Source: a virus
Lineage: Duplodnaviria > Caudoviricetes
Reading direction: 5' to 3' (one strand)
DNA: 63,348 bases
Virus record (IMG/VR): IMGVR_UViG_3300042905_000928
Span: 1 to 63,348 of that record
This document shows, one piece after another, positions 53,383 to 63,348 of the stretch (position 1 is its first letter; every line of letters starts with the position of its first letter). A program made the position numbers and the translations under genes. The notes under the pieces are model-generated. The model did not search any database and had not been told where the DNA came from. It was given only the letters and a program-made list of their open reading frames with translations.

Positions 53383-54323
53383 CAACATCAGGAACCACAG
53401 CATTTAATCTTGACCTGAACGATCTAATCGAAGAGGCTTTTGAGCGTTGTGGTCTTGAGTTGCGTACTGGCTATGATTTCCGTACAGCCAGACGATCATT
53501 AAACTTACTTACTGTAGAGTGGGCTAACCGTGGAATCAATTTGTGGACCGTAGAACAGGGCCAGATTGCGATGAACACTGGTCAGGCTATCTATGCCCTA
53601 CCTAACAACACGATTGACCTTCTAGACCAGGTTATACGCCAAAATACAGGCAGTTCATCTAATCAGATTGACATCAACATCAGCCGTATTAGTGAATCTA
53701 CCTACTCTACTATCCCTAATAAACTGACTCAAGGTCGACCTATTCAGGTGTGGATTAACCGCCAATCAGGTCAATCTAGCGTAACAGCCTCAACTTTGAC
53801 TACAACCATTACAGCGACAGATACATCTATCAGTTTGTCAGATGTAACAGTTTTGCCAGCAGCTGGGTTTATTAAGCTAGACAATGAGCTTATTAGCTAT
53901 AACACGCTGACGTTAACCAGCACAGCTGGAACGGCTGGAGTATTAACTAATTTAGGTCGTGGTCAACAAGGCACTATCCCAGCAGCTCATACATCTGGAG
54001 CTATTGTATCAATCGTTAACCCACCATCTATTAACGTATGGCCATCTCCTAATGCTGGTGGTGGATATACATTCGTTTACTGGCGTATGCGCCGCGTACA
54101 AGATGCTGGTAACGGTGTTACAGACCAGGACATTCCGTTTAGATTTATACCTTGTATGGTTGCTGGCTTGGCTTATTACATTGCCATTAAAAAGCCTGAG
54201 GTATCACCAGATCGCATTATGATGTTAAAAGCCGATTACGAGCAACAGTTCCAGTTAGCAGCAGACGAAGATAGGGAGAAAGCTCCTTTGCGCTTTGTAC
54301 CAAGGAATATGTTCTATGCCTAA
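53379..54323 (+). CDS. head-tail connector / tail adaptor protein
   Basis: MTTSGT..F.LD...IEEAFERCG, TARRSLN, WANRG.NLW. Confidence 0.65.
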   Translation: MTTSGTTAFNLDLNDLIEEAFERCGLELRTGYDFRTARRSLNLLTVEWANRGINLWTVEQGQIAMNTGQAIYALPNNTIDLLDQVIRQNTGSSSNQIDINISRISESTYSTIPNKLTQGRPIQVWINRQSGQSSVTASTLTTTITATDTSISLSDVTVLPAAGFIKLDNELISYNTLTLTSTAGTAGVLTNLGRGQQGTIPAAHTSGAIVSIVNPPSINVWPSPNAGGGYTFVYWRMRRVQDAGNGVTDQDIPFRFIPCMVAGLAYYIAIKKPEVSPDRIMMLKADYEQQFQLAADEDREKAPLRFVPRNMFYA

Positions 54324-54705
54324 TCGTTTTGCTTCAGGCAAGTATGCGATTGCAGAATGTGACCGCTGCGGTCAAAGGTATAAGTTAAAACAGTTAAAGT
54401 CTTTAACAATTAAGACTAAAAAGGTCAACATTTTGGTATGCCCAGAGTGTTGGGAACCAGATCAGCCTCAGTTGCAATTGGGTATGTATCCAGTAGATGA
54501 CCCACAAGCTTTAAGAAATCCTAGACCTGATACCAGTTATCAAGTATCTGGAGTGGATGTAGAAGGTGATCCATCGGGTGGTAGTAGAGTATTTCAGTGG
54601 GGTTGGGCGCCTGTAGGTGGGGCAAGTTATTTTGATACAGCTTTAACACCAAATAGCTTGATTGCGGTGGGACAAGTTGGTACAGTTACAGTTAATATTA
54701 CTTAG
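54316..54705 (+). CDS. Zn-binding virion-module protein
   Basis: CDRCG...VCPECWE, DPQALRNPRPD. Confidence 0.6.
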   Translation: MPNRFASGKYAIAECDRCGQRYKLKQLKSLTIKTKKVNILVCPECWEPDQPQLQLGMYPVDDPQALRNPRPDTSYQVSGVDVEGDPSGGSRVFQWGWAPVGGASYFDTALTPNSLIAVGQVGTVTVNIT

Positions 54706-54714
54706 GAGTAAATC

Positions 54715-54906
54715 ATGTTTAAAAAAGGCGCAGACGGTATCACTAAACAGGGCAAAACCAAAGGTAAAAACCTTGGTGATTCAGGTCCTACAGTAGCAGC
54801 TTTGCACGGAAAAGGCACAAAGACTTCAGGTGGTGGTAAGCGCAACATTGATATGAAGACTATGGGTCGTGGCTTGGCTAAAGTTGCTGCACAAAAACGA
54901 GGTTAA
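54715..54906 (+). CDS. small basic protein
   Basis: AGGAG RBS; ADG...GKT. Confidence 0.6.
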   Translation: MFKKGADGITKQGKTKGKNLGDSGPTVAALHGKGTKTSGGGKRNIDMKTMGRGLAKVAAQKRG

Positions 54907-54908
54907 TT

Positions 54909-55178
54909 ATGGCTAAGTTTTCTAAAAAAGTAATGGGTAAAGAGATTGGCGATGCTGAGGTTTATGCACCTCCTCATACCATGAAAGGTAAAACAATGGA
55001 TACAAAGATGGCTAAAGATGCCGTAACCAAGCCAGGTAATGGCGTGGATAAGGTTAACATGTCAGTTGCTGGTATCAGCAAAGGCAATTACCCACCAGAA
55101 AATAAGTACGGTAAGATTCAAATGCGTGGTACAGGCGCAGCTACCAAAGGCAAAATGTCTAGTGGAAAAATGGGCTAA
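54909..55178 (+). CDS. small basic protein
   Basis: RGTGAATKG motif. Confidence 0.6.
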   Translation: MAKFSKKVMGKEIGDAEVYAPPHTMKGKTMDTKMAKDAVTKPGNGVDKVNMSVAGISKGNYPPENKYGKIQMRGTGAATKGKMSSGKMG

Positions 55179-55858
55179 TGAACTACACAGAGTTATCCGC
55201 TAGAATCCAAGCGTATTGCGAGAACGAGTTCCCAGCTTCGGCTGGTAATTTGACGTCTGCCCAGCAGATAGCTACGTTTGTTCAGCAAGCTGAAGAGCGT
55301 GTTTTTAATACCGTTCAGTTTCCATCATTGCGTAAAAACGTGACTGGAACAGTGACCGTAAATAATAAATACCTATCTTGCCCAAATGATTTCTTAGCTG
55401 TTTACTCTATGGCGGTCATTCAAGCGGATGGTAGTTACGAATACCTTTTAAATAAGGACGTTAACTTTATTCGTGCAGCCTACCCAACACCAACAGATTC
55501 TGGTTTGCCTAAGTACTATGCTTTGTTTGGACCACAATACACGCTTCAAACCGAGTTGTCGTTCATTCTTGGTCCAACGCCAAATGCAAATTACAACGTA
55601 GAACTACACTATTTCTTCTACCCAGAGTCAATCACTACCGCTGGCACAAGCTGGTTGGGTGACAACTACGATCCTGTGTTGCTGTACGGTGCCTTGCGTG
55701 AAGCCTACATCTACATGCGTGGCGAGGCTGATATGATTGCTAATATTGAAGCTAAGTACCAAGAAGCCTTGGGTCAAGCTAAACGTCTTGGTGATGGCAT
55801 GGAGCGTGGTGACGCGTACCGTGAAGGCCAGACTAAACTTAAGTACAACGCTTTATGA
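55178..55858 (+). CDS. phage adaptor / tail-tube A-like protein
   Basis: MNYTEL...AEERV, GLPKYYA, GPTP, LLYGAL.EA. Confidence 0.65.
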   Translation: MNYTELSARIQAYCENEFPASAGNLTSAQQIATFVQQAEERVFNTVQFPSLRKNVTGTVTVNNKYLSCPNDFLAVYSMAVIQADGSYEYLLNKDVNFIRAAYPTPTDSGLPKYYALFGPQYTLQTELSFILGPTPNANYNVELHYFFYPESITTAGTSWLGDNYDPVLLYGALREAYIYMRGEADMIANIEAKYQEALGQAKRLGDGMERGDAYREGQTKLKYNAL

Positions 55859-56277
55859 TCGCTCAAACACAATGTACCGTCTTCAAAGTAAACCTGTTAA
55901 AGGGTTTGGAGAACTTCAATACGGGTTCGCCTTATACCTACAAGATTGCGTTATACACGGCAGATGCTAATTTAGATGAAGACACTACTGTTTACACGAC
56001 TCAAAACGAAGTAACAGGTACTGGCTACACAGCGGGTGGTTTGGCTTTGGTTCCAACAGTTCCAACAAGCAGTAACGCCACCGCTTATATCAACTTTGCT
56101 AATGTTTCATGGGCATCTTCAAGCTTTACTGCCAGGGGTGCTTTAATCTACAATAGCAATACAAGCGCAGCTGTTGCGGTATTAAACTTTGGGTCTGACA
56201 AAACTGTTAGTAATCAGACGTTTACAGTAACCTTCCCTGCGGCTACTAGCACTACAGCCGTTATTAGAATTTCATAG
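55855..56277 (+). CDS. tail structural protein
   Basis: KIALY, NEVTGTGYTAGG, ARGALIYN. Confidence 0.6.
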   Translation: MIAQTQCTVFKVNLLKGLENFNTGSPYTYKIALYTADANLDEDTTVYTTQNEVTGTGYTAGGLALVPTVPTSSNATAYINFANVSWASSSFTARGALIYNSNTSAAVAVLNFGSDKTVSNQTFTVTFPAATSTTAVIRIS

Positions 56278-56285
56278 GAGTAATT

Positions 56286-56891
56286 ATGTTTAAAGAAAAA
56301 CAAGGTTTCGGTGATAGCGCAGTCGCTACATTGCAGACTAATGGTGCGGCTGACGAGTCAGTTGGTATAGCTGGTTATTACCATGTTGAGTGCCGTGATG
56401 CAGAAGGCAACGTAAAGTGGACTGAAGAGTTCCCTAACTTGGTTAACGCCATTGGCAAAGAATTGATGTTGGATACCTTGTTAAAAGGTTCTAGCTACTC
56501 AGTAACAGGCCCATTTCTAGGCTTGATTTCTGGTTCTGGCTCAACATTTGCTGCTTCAGACACAATGACTTCTCATGCTGGTTGGACTGAGTTTGCCAAC
56601 TTCACAGTAAGTGGTTCAGCGGTTCGTGGTACAGCGGTGTTTGCTTCTGCTACTTCAGCTGGTGCAACTCCTTCTAACGTAACTACTTCAGCTGCTACAG
56701 CGATCACTTACACTATTACAGGTGCTGGCGGTACAGTGGGCGGTTGCTTCCTAGTGTTGGGTTCTGGTGCTTCTAGCACGATCAGCAATACTGGTGGTAC
56801 TTTGTACTCTGCTGGCAACTTTACAACAGCTAAGGTAACAACCGCTGGTGATACAGTTTCGGTAACTTATTCGACCACCGCAACAAGTTGA
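56286..56891 (+). CDS. tail structural protein
   Basis: NLVN.IGK, GTLYSAG; T/S/G-rich. Confidence 0.6.
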   Translation: MFKEKQGFGDSAVATLQTNGAADESVGIAGYYHVECRDAEGNVKWTEEFPNLVNAIGKELMLDTLLKGSSYSVTGPFLGLISGSGSTFAASDTMTSHAGWTEFANFTVSGSAVRGTAVFASATSAGATPSNVTTSAATAITYTITGAGGTVGGCFLVLGSGASSTISNTGGTLYSAGNFTTAKVTTAGDTVSVTYSTTATS

Positions 56892-56910
56892 TGATTTATA
56901 AGGGTTTTTA

Positions 56911-57573
56911 GTGTTTTGTACCTACTCACACTCAACCCCGCAAGGCCGCCTTTTCTACATCGGAAAAGGTAGCTCCGCGCGCCGTGCTTACTACATGCAA
57001 GGTAGAAATAACTATTGGAACAAAATTGTAGCTAAGTACGGCAAACCAACTGTTCAGGTTTTGGCAGAATGGAAAACAGAAGCTGAGGCTTTTGACCATG
57101 AAAAGTTTTTAATTGCATGTTTTCGTGACATGGGATACGAACTCGCTAACCTAACAGATGGCGGCGATGGCACATCTGGGTACAAGCAAACACCAGAACA
57201 TATAGAAAAAACCAGAAAAGCAAAATTAGGTAAACCAGCTTACTGGAACATCGGACGCAAACACTCAGAAGAATCTAAATTAAAGATGCGCGTCAAGCTA
57301 AAGGGGCGTGTTAATTCTGAGAAACAAAAATCTATTGCCAGTGCATTGTTTAAGGGTAACACTTATTGTGTTGGCAACACTCAAAACCGCAAGTGGGTCT
57401 GGATCGGCACGCACATTGAAACTGGCGAAGTGATCCGTTTGGTTGGCGAACAAGCCATGAAAGATGCTGGCGTTCAACACGCTAATGTCATAAAATGTCT
57501 CAACGGTGAGCGTAAAAGCCATAAAGGCTACACCTGGCGCAGAGAACTTTGGGAAGGTAAAGAATGTCATTAG
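56911..57573 (+). CDS. free-standing GIY-YIG homing endonuclease with NUMOD3/NUMOD1 motifs
   Basis: TY...FYIGKG...R, E, NLTDGGDG, HSEESKLKM, KSHKGYTW. Confidence 0.85.
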   Translation: MFCTYSHSTPQGRLFYIGKGSSARRAYYMQGRNNYWNKIVAKYGKPTVQVLAEWKTEAEAFDHEKFLIACFRDMGYELANLTDGGDGTSGYKQTPEHIEKTRKAKLGKPAYWNIGRKHSEESKLKMRVKLKGRVNSEKQKSIASALFKGNTYCVGNTQNRKWVWIGTHIETGEVIRLVGEQAMKDAGVQHANVIKCLNGERKSHKGYTWRRELWEGKECH

Positions 57574-58646
57574 TATTACTTGATCGTGTTCAGGAATCTG
57601 CAACCGCTAATACCACAGTTAGCTTTACCCTAGCTGGCGCTGTCACAGGGTTTCAAGACTTTTCCGCTATTGGTAACGGAAATACTACCTTTTATGCTGC
57701 CACAGATACAACTGGCAACTGGGAGGTGGGCGTTGGCACGTACTCAACTTCTGGCCCAACTTTAACCCGCACCACAATTCTTTCTTCTAGCAATGCTGGT
57801 AGTGCTGAAACGTTCTCAGGCACGGTATCTGTATTTGTTACTTATCCATCTGAACAGTCAGTTAACCTTGATGCAAGTAATAATGTTAGTGCTTTAGGGA
57901 ACGTCACATCAGGTACATGGCAAGGCACAACGATAGGCGTAGCTTACGGCGGTACGGGTGTTGTTTCATCGTCTGGTGCTAACTCAGTAATGCTTCGAGA
58001 TGCCAATCAAAACGTAGCAGTAAACCGACTCAACCAATCCAATACCTCTATTGCGGCTGCTGGTGGAACCACAGCATTAACAGCAGCTTCCAGTTATTCT
58101 CAAACACTGACTGGTACTGGTAATCAGACTTATACGATGCCTGATGCAACTACCCTGACTACAGGCGTAGCGTTTGTGTTTAACAACAATGCAACAGGCA
58201 CATTAACGCTTCAAGATTATGCTACTGGTGCTGTTGGAACAATTACTTCTGGCGGTGCTGTTGAACTTGTTTTATTGTCTAACGGAACTACCGCAGGAAC
58301 ATGGGACGTACACGGGTATCTTCCAGAAGCGGTAACGTGGGGTACAAACGCTCTTAATTTAGGTTCTACTGTTATCACTAATGGTACATGGCAAGGTGGT
58401 ACGATTGGTACAGCATACGGAGGTACAGGCTTAACAAGCTTTAGTGCAGCCAACTACGCTTTATATTCAACGTCATCATCTGCTTTAACAGCAGGTACTT
58501 TGCCTGCCGCAGCGGGTGGTACGGGATTGACTTCGCCTGGTACTTTAGGTAACGTACTAACATCAAACGGTTCTGCTTGGACATCCGCACCAATAGTTAC
58601 AATTTCAGCGGACGATGCTTACTTTTTATCATTTATGATGGGCTAA
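57564..58646 (+). CDS. tail fibre protein
   Basis: DRVQES, WEVGVGT, repeated GTWQG.TIG.AYGGTG. Confidence 0.7.
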   Translation: MSLVLLDRVQESATANTTVSFTLAGAVTGFQDFSAIGNGNTTFYAATDTTGNWEVGVGTYSTSGPTLTRTTILSSSNAGSAETFSGTVSVFVTYPSEQSVNLDASNNVSALGNVTSGTWQGTTIGVAYGGTGVVSSSGANSVMLRDANQNVAVNRLNQSNTSIAAAGGTTALTAASSYSQTLTGTGNQTYTMPDATTLTTGVAFVFNNNATGTLTLQDYATGAVGTITSGGAVELVLLSNGTTAGTWDVHGYLPEAVTWGTNALNLGSTVITNGTWQGGTIGTAYGGTGLTSFSAANYALYSTSSSALTAGTLPAAAGGTGLTSPGTLGNVLTSNGSAWTSAPIVTISADDAYFLSFMMG

Positions 58647-58647
58647 C

Positions 58648-58974
58648 ATGGCAACTTATACAAATACCTCTTATGTAGCCAAAGACGTTGGCACAGCTGC
58701 ATCCTCACTAACCACGGTATCAGGCGGCACAACAGCTGCGGTAGCCAGCTTGGTGGTATGTAATACAACGGCTTCACCGATTACAGCCTCTGTGTTTATT
58801 ACCAGATCAGCGGTGGATTACTTTATTGTTAAGAACGCTACTGTACCTGTGGGTGGCTCATTGGAGTGTATCCAAGGCAACCGTGTGGTTGTAATCGCTG
58901 GTGACGCTCTTAAAGTAAGCGCAAGCGCCAACACTTCAGCAGATTGTGTAGCTTCAGTCTTATTGGCGAGCTAA
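58648..58974 (+). CDS. small tail protein
   Basis: Beta-rich; VPVGGSL, GDALKV. Confidence 0.55.
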   Translation: MATYTNTSYVAKDVGTAASSLTTVSGGTTAAVASLVVCNTTASPITASVFITRSAVDYFIVKNATVPVGGSLECIQGNRVVVIAGDALKVSASANTSADCVASVLLAS

Positions 58975-58975
58975 C

Positions 58976-60022
58976 ATGGGCTACCTAGGTAATACCCCAG
59001 AAAACCAAGCGTTTACGCCAAGGGTTGATTTTTTCAGCGGTAATGCTAGTGCAACTGCATTTACTTTAAGCTTTCCTGTAGCTTCTGTAGCTCAGGTTCA
59101 AGCGGTTATTGAGAACGTCCCTCAGAACCCAGGCGATGCGTACACGGTATCTGGCAGCACAATCACATTTACCAGCGCACCACCAAGCGGTACAAACAAT
59201 ATTTATGTGTACTACACCAGTCCTATTACTCAGGTGATTCAGCCAGGTCAGGGTACTGTTGGTACAGCTCAGATTGTTGATGGTGCAGTTACGCAAGCTA
59301 AATTAGCCGCTGGTGCTGGTAGCCAATGGACTACGACTGGTTCTGATATTTACTACAACACAGGTAATGTAGGTATTGGTACTAGTTCAAGTCTTGGTGG
59401 TTTATCTGAGAGATTGGGTGTAGCTGGTGCAAAATACAGCACATCTTACCCTTTTATTATTAACTCAGTTGATACTGCTGCATACAATGCTGGTACTAAC
59501 GGTGGCGGTATTGGTTTTACATACAAATACAATGCTGCTGGTGAGTATGCAAGTGGTCCATCAATCCAAGGTTTTAAAGAAAACACAACAGATGGTAACT
59601 ACGCTTCTGGTTTAAGGTTTTTAACTAGACCACAAGGTGCTGATGCGTCAGAACAAGCTCGTATTACCTCTACTGGTTTATTCCAATTTAACTCAGGTTA
59701 CGGCTCAGTCGCTACTGCTTACGGATGTCGTGCATGGGTAAACTTTAATGGTACTGGTACGGTTGCTATTCGTGCAAGTGGTAATGTGAGTTCTATTACT
59801 GATAACGGAAACGGAAACTACACAGTAAACTTTTCAACTGCTATGCCTGATGCAAATTACTCAATAAGCGGATTTACTACTGATATAGATGGTTCAGGCG
59901 GTGATGTTTCATTTGTAAGATACCCATCGGATACATATACATCTTCTGCTGTGCAAGTAAGAAGCGTTTTCAATGCAGTCGGTTATGATGGCGGTATCGT
60001 TTCCGTACAAGCTTTCCGCTAA
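58976..60022 (+). CDS. tail fibre / receptor-binding protein
   Basis: YLGN.P anchor, GNVGIGT, CRAWVNFNG...NVSSITDNG tip. Confidence 0.75.
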   Translation: MGYLGNTPENQAFTPRVDFFSGNASATAFTLSFPVASVAQVQAVIENVPQNPGDAYTVSGSTITFTSAPPSGTNNIYVYYTSPITQVIQPGQGTVGTAQIVDGAVTQAKLAAGAGSQWTTTGSDIYYNTGNVGIGTSSSLGGLSERLGVAGAKYSTSYPFIINSVDTAAYNAGTNGGGIGFTYKYNAAGEYASGPSIQGFKENTTDGNYASGLRFLTRPQGADASEQARITSTGLFQFNSGYGSVATAYGCRAWVNFNGTGTVAIRASGNVSSITDNGNGNYTVNFSTAMPDANYSISGFTTDIDGSGGDVSFVRYPSDTYTSSAVQVRSVFNAVGYDGGIVSVQAFR

Positions 60023-60034
60023 TCAGGAGAAATT

Positions 60035-60211
60035 ATGAATCAACGAATAATATATAGAACTGATGATGGCGGTGTTGCTATCATAATTCCAGCAGTATCT
60101 GTTGAGTTAGCTATGAAAGATGTGCCTGCTGGTAAATCATTTAAGATTGTTGACGTGTCTGATATTCCAGAAGACCGCACATTTCGTAACGCCTGGGAGT
60201 ACCAAGAATGA
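60035..60211 (+). CDS. tail fibre assembly protein (58 aa)
   Basis: AGGAG RBS; KDVP...DRTFRNAW. Confidence 0.6.
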   Translation: MNQRIIYRTDDGGVAIIIPAVSVELAMKDVPAGKSFKIVDVSDIPEDRTFRNAWEYQE

Positions 60212-60429
60212 TTGTTATTAACGTAAACAAAGCTAAAGAGATCACCAAAGAGCGTTTGCGTGCTGAACGTGCGCCACTACTTCAAGCTCAGGATGTGGCA
60301 TTTCAACGTGCTTTAGAAAAAGGCGCAGATACAACTGCGATTGTTGCTGAAAAACAACGCTTGCGTGACATTACACAGTTAGCCGACCAAGCATCAACAT
60401 TGGACGAACTTAAGGAATTAAAGGCTTAA
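60208..60429 (+). CDS. tail fibre assembly chaperone
   Basis: R.ER..LL..D...KQRLRDIT. Confidence 0.65.
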   Translation: MIVINVNKAKEITKERLRAERAPLLQAQDVAFQRALEKGADTTAIVAEKQRLRDITQLADQASTLDELKELKA

Positions 60430-60431
60430 TA

Positions 60432-61130
60432 ATGGCTATTAGTCAAATCACATCTAACAGTATTGCAGCAGGTGCTGTATCAGCTTCGGATTTGGCTGAT
60501 GGTTCTATTAGTACAGCAAAGATTGCTGACAGCGCCGTAACTACAGCAAAGATTGCAAACACAAACATAACAGCCGCTAAGTTAGCAACAACAGGTTCCG
60601 CAAGTTCTTCTACGTATTTGCGTGGCGATATGGCTTGGGCTTCTTTGCCAGCCAGCGGTAAAGTGTTGCAAGTTTCTCAGACCGTTATTTCGTCAGCTAT
60701 GACTCAGACAGGCGGTAACTGGAGTACTTGGGTAGACCTTAGTGGCTACAGTATTTCTATTACACCAAGCAGTTCTTCAAGCAAGGTTCTTTACCAAATC
60801 AGTTTTGGCGCTATGTCACAGTCAACCAACGCAATTGTGTTCAGACTTGTTAGAAACGGTACAGTTATTGGCGTAGGTGACGCATCTGGTAGCAGACCAC
60901 AAGCTACATTTAGAACTATGCGTGAAGGCGATTCTAACCACACAAAGACAGCCCCACACTTTACGTACCTTGATTCGCCTGGAACCACATCATCAGTTGA
61001 ATATAAGTTACAGTGGACTGGTGAAGGTTCGCCGACTATTTACGTAAACAGGTCACAGACTGACACAGACGGCCAATCTTACGGCGCTAGAACTATTTCA
61101 ACAATGACTGTTTGGGAGATTGCAGGATGA
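60432..61130 (+). CDS. short tail fibre protein
   Basis: (I/V)TTAKIA repeats, GKVLQV, ITPSSSSSKVL, LDSPGTTS. Confidence 0.7.
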   Translation: MAISQITSNSIAAGAVSASDLADGSISTAKIADSAVTTAKIANTNITAAKLATTGSASSSTYLRGDMAWASLPASGKVLQVSQTVISSAMTQTGGNWSTWVDLSGYSISITPSSSSSKVLYQISFGAMSQSTNAIVFRLVRNGTVIGVGDASGSRPQATFRTMREGDSNHTKTAPHFTYLDSPGTTSSVEYKLQWTGEGSPTIYVNRSQTDTDGQSYGARTISTMTVWEIAG

Positions 61131-61420
61131 TAACGGATGCACTTTTATCTTTAGTCCCAGGCGCACAATGGTCAATAATTGATGAAGACTATGACTCGCT
61201 TGTCTGGAGCGAAGGCAACACACAAACAAAACCTACGTTAGAAGAAGTGCAGGCTGAAGTTGCAAGATTAAAAGCTATCGCTGACGCTAAGAAATACCAG
61301 CAGCAACGCAAATCAGAGTACCCATCTATCCAAGAGCAACTAGACACGCTTTATCACGGCGGATATGATGCTTGGAAGGCACAAGTTAAAGCAATAAAAG
61401 ATAAGTACCCAAAAGGATAA
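61127..61420 (+). CDS. fibre-associated chaperone (XkdW-like)
   Basis: YQ..R..EYPSIQEQLD, IKDKYPK. Confidence 0.6.
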   Translation: MITDALLSLVPGAQWSIIDEDYDSLVWSEGNTQTKPTLEEVQAEVARLKAIADAKKYQQQRKSEYPSIQEQLDTLYHGGYDAWKAQVKAIKDKYPKG

Positions 61421-61423
61421 ACC

Positions 61424-62950
61424 GTGCCATATATCGGAAACGAACCAACCTCGGTCGCATTTTTAACAGACACATTTAGTGGTAACGCATCAGCCACGGC
61501 TTTTACTTTATCAGCTGCTCCTGCTACGACTTCATCTATTCTGGTTGCGGTATCAGGCGTTCTTCAAGATCCAAGCACATACAGCTCAGTTGGTACAACT
61601 TTAAATTTTAGTGCGGCTCCTCCAAGCGGTACGGATAACATCAGCGTTAGATTCTTAGGTATCCCAGCTTCAGGCGTAACCACAACAGCTTATCGCACGG
61701 TTACAGAGTTCACAGCTACAGCCAGCCAGACAACATTCTCAGTACCTTCTTACACAGTGGGCTTCATTGACGTATACCGTAACGGCGTGATGCTTGGCTC
61801 TGCTGACTACACAGCTACAAGCGGTGTGAGCGTGGTCTTAGCTGCTGGTGCTACTGCAGGTGACTTGGTAGAAGTGATTAGTTTCCAAGTAAGCTCAGTG
61901 CTTAACGCCATCCCAGCAACGGCTGGATCAGTGGGTTCTAGTAACATCGCTAACGGCGTAACAATTAACTTTGCTGACGGTTCAGCATCTACACCTTCAA
62001 TCACAAACGATGGCGATACTAATACAGGCATATTCTTCCCAGCCGCAGATACCATAGCTTTTGCTGAAGGCGGTGTTGAATCAATGAGAATCACCTCGGC
62101 TGGTAATGTAGGTATTGGTACAAGTTCTCCTGCTGCAAAATTTCACATCAAAGCAGGTAATGCCAACCAAGCGTATTTTGATAATGCTGGCGAACAATAT
62201 ACACAGGTAACTTGGCAAAATAACGGAACAGACAAAGCTGCAATTTGGACAGATAACACCAATTCTACTTTTTCTTTGTACGCCTATCCATCATTGGCTA
62301 TGAATTTTTTTACAGGTGGCTCAGAACGCATGAGAATAGATAGCTCTGGTAACTTGAGTGTTGGAGCAACTGGTGCTCTTACATCAAATCTTTTGGCAAG
62401 AGCTAACATACAAGGAAGCGTATCTAATGCTCCAGCAATAGCTGCTGCAGTTAGCGGTGCTTCATATACTGGTTCTGTACTTTCTCTTGGTAGCGGAACA
62501 AATTCTGGCAGTGGCTGGAATTTAATTCAAGGCTATAGTGCAAATGGTGGGTCAGACCAATTTGCAGCTCTTCGTTTTCAAGTTAGAGGTGATGGAAATG
62601 TTACAAACTCTAACAATTCTTATGGTGCAATTTCTGATATTAAAATAAAAGAAAATATTGTTGATGCTACACCAAAACTAGAAAAACTAAACCAAGTGCG
62701 AGTTGTTAATTACAATTTAATTGGTAGCGAACAAAAGCAGATTGGTGTTGTTGCTCAAGAGTTAGAGCAGATTTTCCCAAGCATGATTGATGAGTCACCT
62801 GATACAGATGCTGAAGGCAACGACTTAGGCACAACAACTAAGTCAGTTAAATACTCTGTTTTTGTGCCTATGCTTATCAAGGCTATTCAAGAACAACAAG
62901 CCATCATTACAGACCTTAAAGCGCGCGTTGAAGCGTTGGAGAACAAATAA
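61424..62950 (+). CDS. tail fibre with C-terminal S74 intramolecular chaperone
   Basis: SDIKIKENI, GVVAQE, LIKAIQE coiled coil. Confidence 0.85.
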   Translation: MPYIGNEPTSVAFLTDTFSGNASATAFTLSAAPATTSSILVAVSGVLQDPSTYSSVGTTLNFSAAPPSGTDNISVRFLGIPASGVTTTAYRTVTEFTATASQTTFSVPSYTVGFIDVYRNGVMLGSADYTATSGVSVVLAAGATAGDLVEVISFQVSSVLNAIPATAGSVGSSNIANGVTINFADGSASTPSITNDGDTNTGIFFPAADTIAFAEGGVESMRITSAGNVGIGTSSPAAKFHIKAGNANQAYFDNAGEQYTQVTWQNNGTDKAAIWTDNTNSTFSLYAYPSLAMNFFTGGSERMRIDSSGNLSVGATGALTSNLLARANIQGSVSNAPAIAAAVSGASYTGSVLSLGSGTNSGSGWNLIQGYSANGGSDQFAALRFQVRGDGNVTNSNNSYGAISDIKIKENIVDATPKLEKLNQVRVVNYNLIGSEQKQIGVVAQELEQIFPSMIDESPDTDAEGNDLGTTTKSVKYSVFVPMLIKAIQEQQAIITDLKARVEALENK

Positions 62951-63348
62951 TGACTAATGCGGTTGCAATTGCGCAAAGTGGTAGCAATAACGTTACGATG
63001 AGAAATAAAATCATCAACGGTGCAATGATGATTGACCAGAGAAACGCAGGAGCTAGTGTTACTCCTACTAATGGTTCTTACACTTTGGATAGATGGCAAT
63101 GCCAAGCATCACAAGCATCTAAATTTACAGTTCAACAAAATGCTGGCTCTGTAACTCCACCAGTAGGTTTTAGCAACTATTTAGGAGTTACATCAACTTC
63201 TGCTTACTCAATTGGTGCGGCAGATTATTTTGCTATTGACCAGAGTATTGAAGGATTTAACTTTGCTGATTGCCAATTTGGTACTGCTAATGCTAAAACA
63301 ATTACCATTTCAGCATGGGTTTATAGTTCATTAACTGGTACTTTTGGT
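62950..63348 (+). CDS. tail fibre protein, 3'-truncated
   Basis: Open to window end; RNKIINGAMMIDQRN, YTLDRW. Confidence 0.7.
   Translation, partial: MTNAVAIAQSGSNNVTMRNKIINGAMMIDQRNAGASVTPTNGSYTLDRWQCQASQASKFTVQQNAGSVTPPVGFSNYLGVTSTSAYSIGAADYFAIDQSIEGFNFADCQFGTANAKTITISAWVYSSLTGTFG

Noticed and set aside
57564-63348. Diversity-generating retroelement or shufflon acting on tail fibres
   Set aside because: No reverse transcriptase, invertase or TR/VR pair seen in the window.
1-63348. Alternative genetic code or terminal redundancy
   Set aside because: Genes are intact in the standard code; the two ends lie in different tail genes and do not overlap.

Overview
The window is most of a tailed-phage genome (podovirus-like, P22-type tail hub and ejection module), cut inside the tail-fibre region at both ends. 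The host is probably a freshwater proteobacterium; this is inferred from the gene families, not shown by the sequence. Gene order: tail fibre/adhesin; secreted-protein cassette; holin and GH24 endolysin; tail hub and ejection proteins; a 3934-aa polyvalent DarB-like protein; rusA; a recombination/middle operon (Cas4-like nuclease, ERF, two glycosyltransferases); an ~820-bp structured non-coding region; a replication operon (ParB-like, SF2 helicase, Toprim primase); a leftward operon of ~22 small early genes; terS/terL, portal, GroES, scaffold, Mu-gpT-like capsid; basic virion proteins; adaptors; a GIY-YIG endonuclease; and several tail fibres. I saw no integrase, DNA polymerase, RNA polymerase, tRNA or CRISPR array. 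The most notable signal is a candidate RNA regulatory circuit. A ~125-nt sRNA with its own promoter and terminator (~30693-30820) has a central loop antisense to a motif (TCAACTGYTAG plus a purine-rich tract) at the 5' ends of four predicted early transcripts. Two further loops (UCCCCUU) are antisense to the AAGGGG(A) ribosome-binding sites of many leftward early genes. Two hammerhead ribozymes in that operon would create new 5' ends that begin with these target sequences. All product calls rest on motif recognition by eye; no database search or folding program was run.
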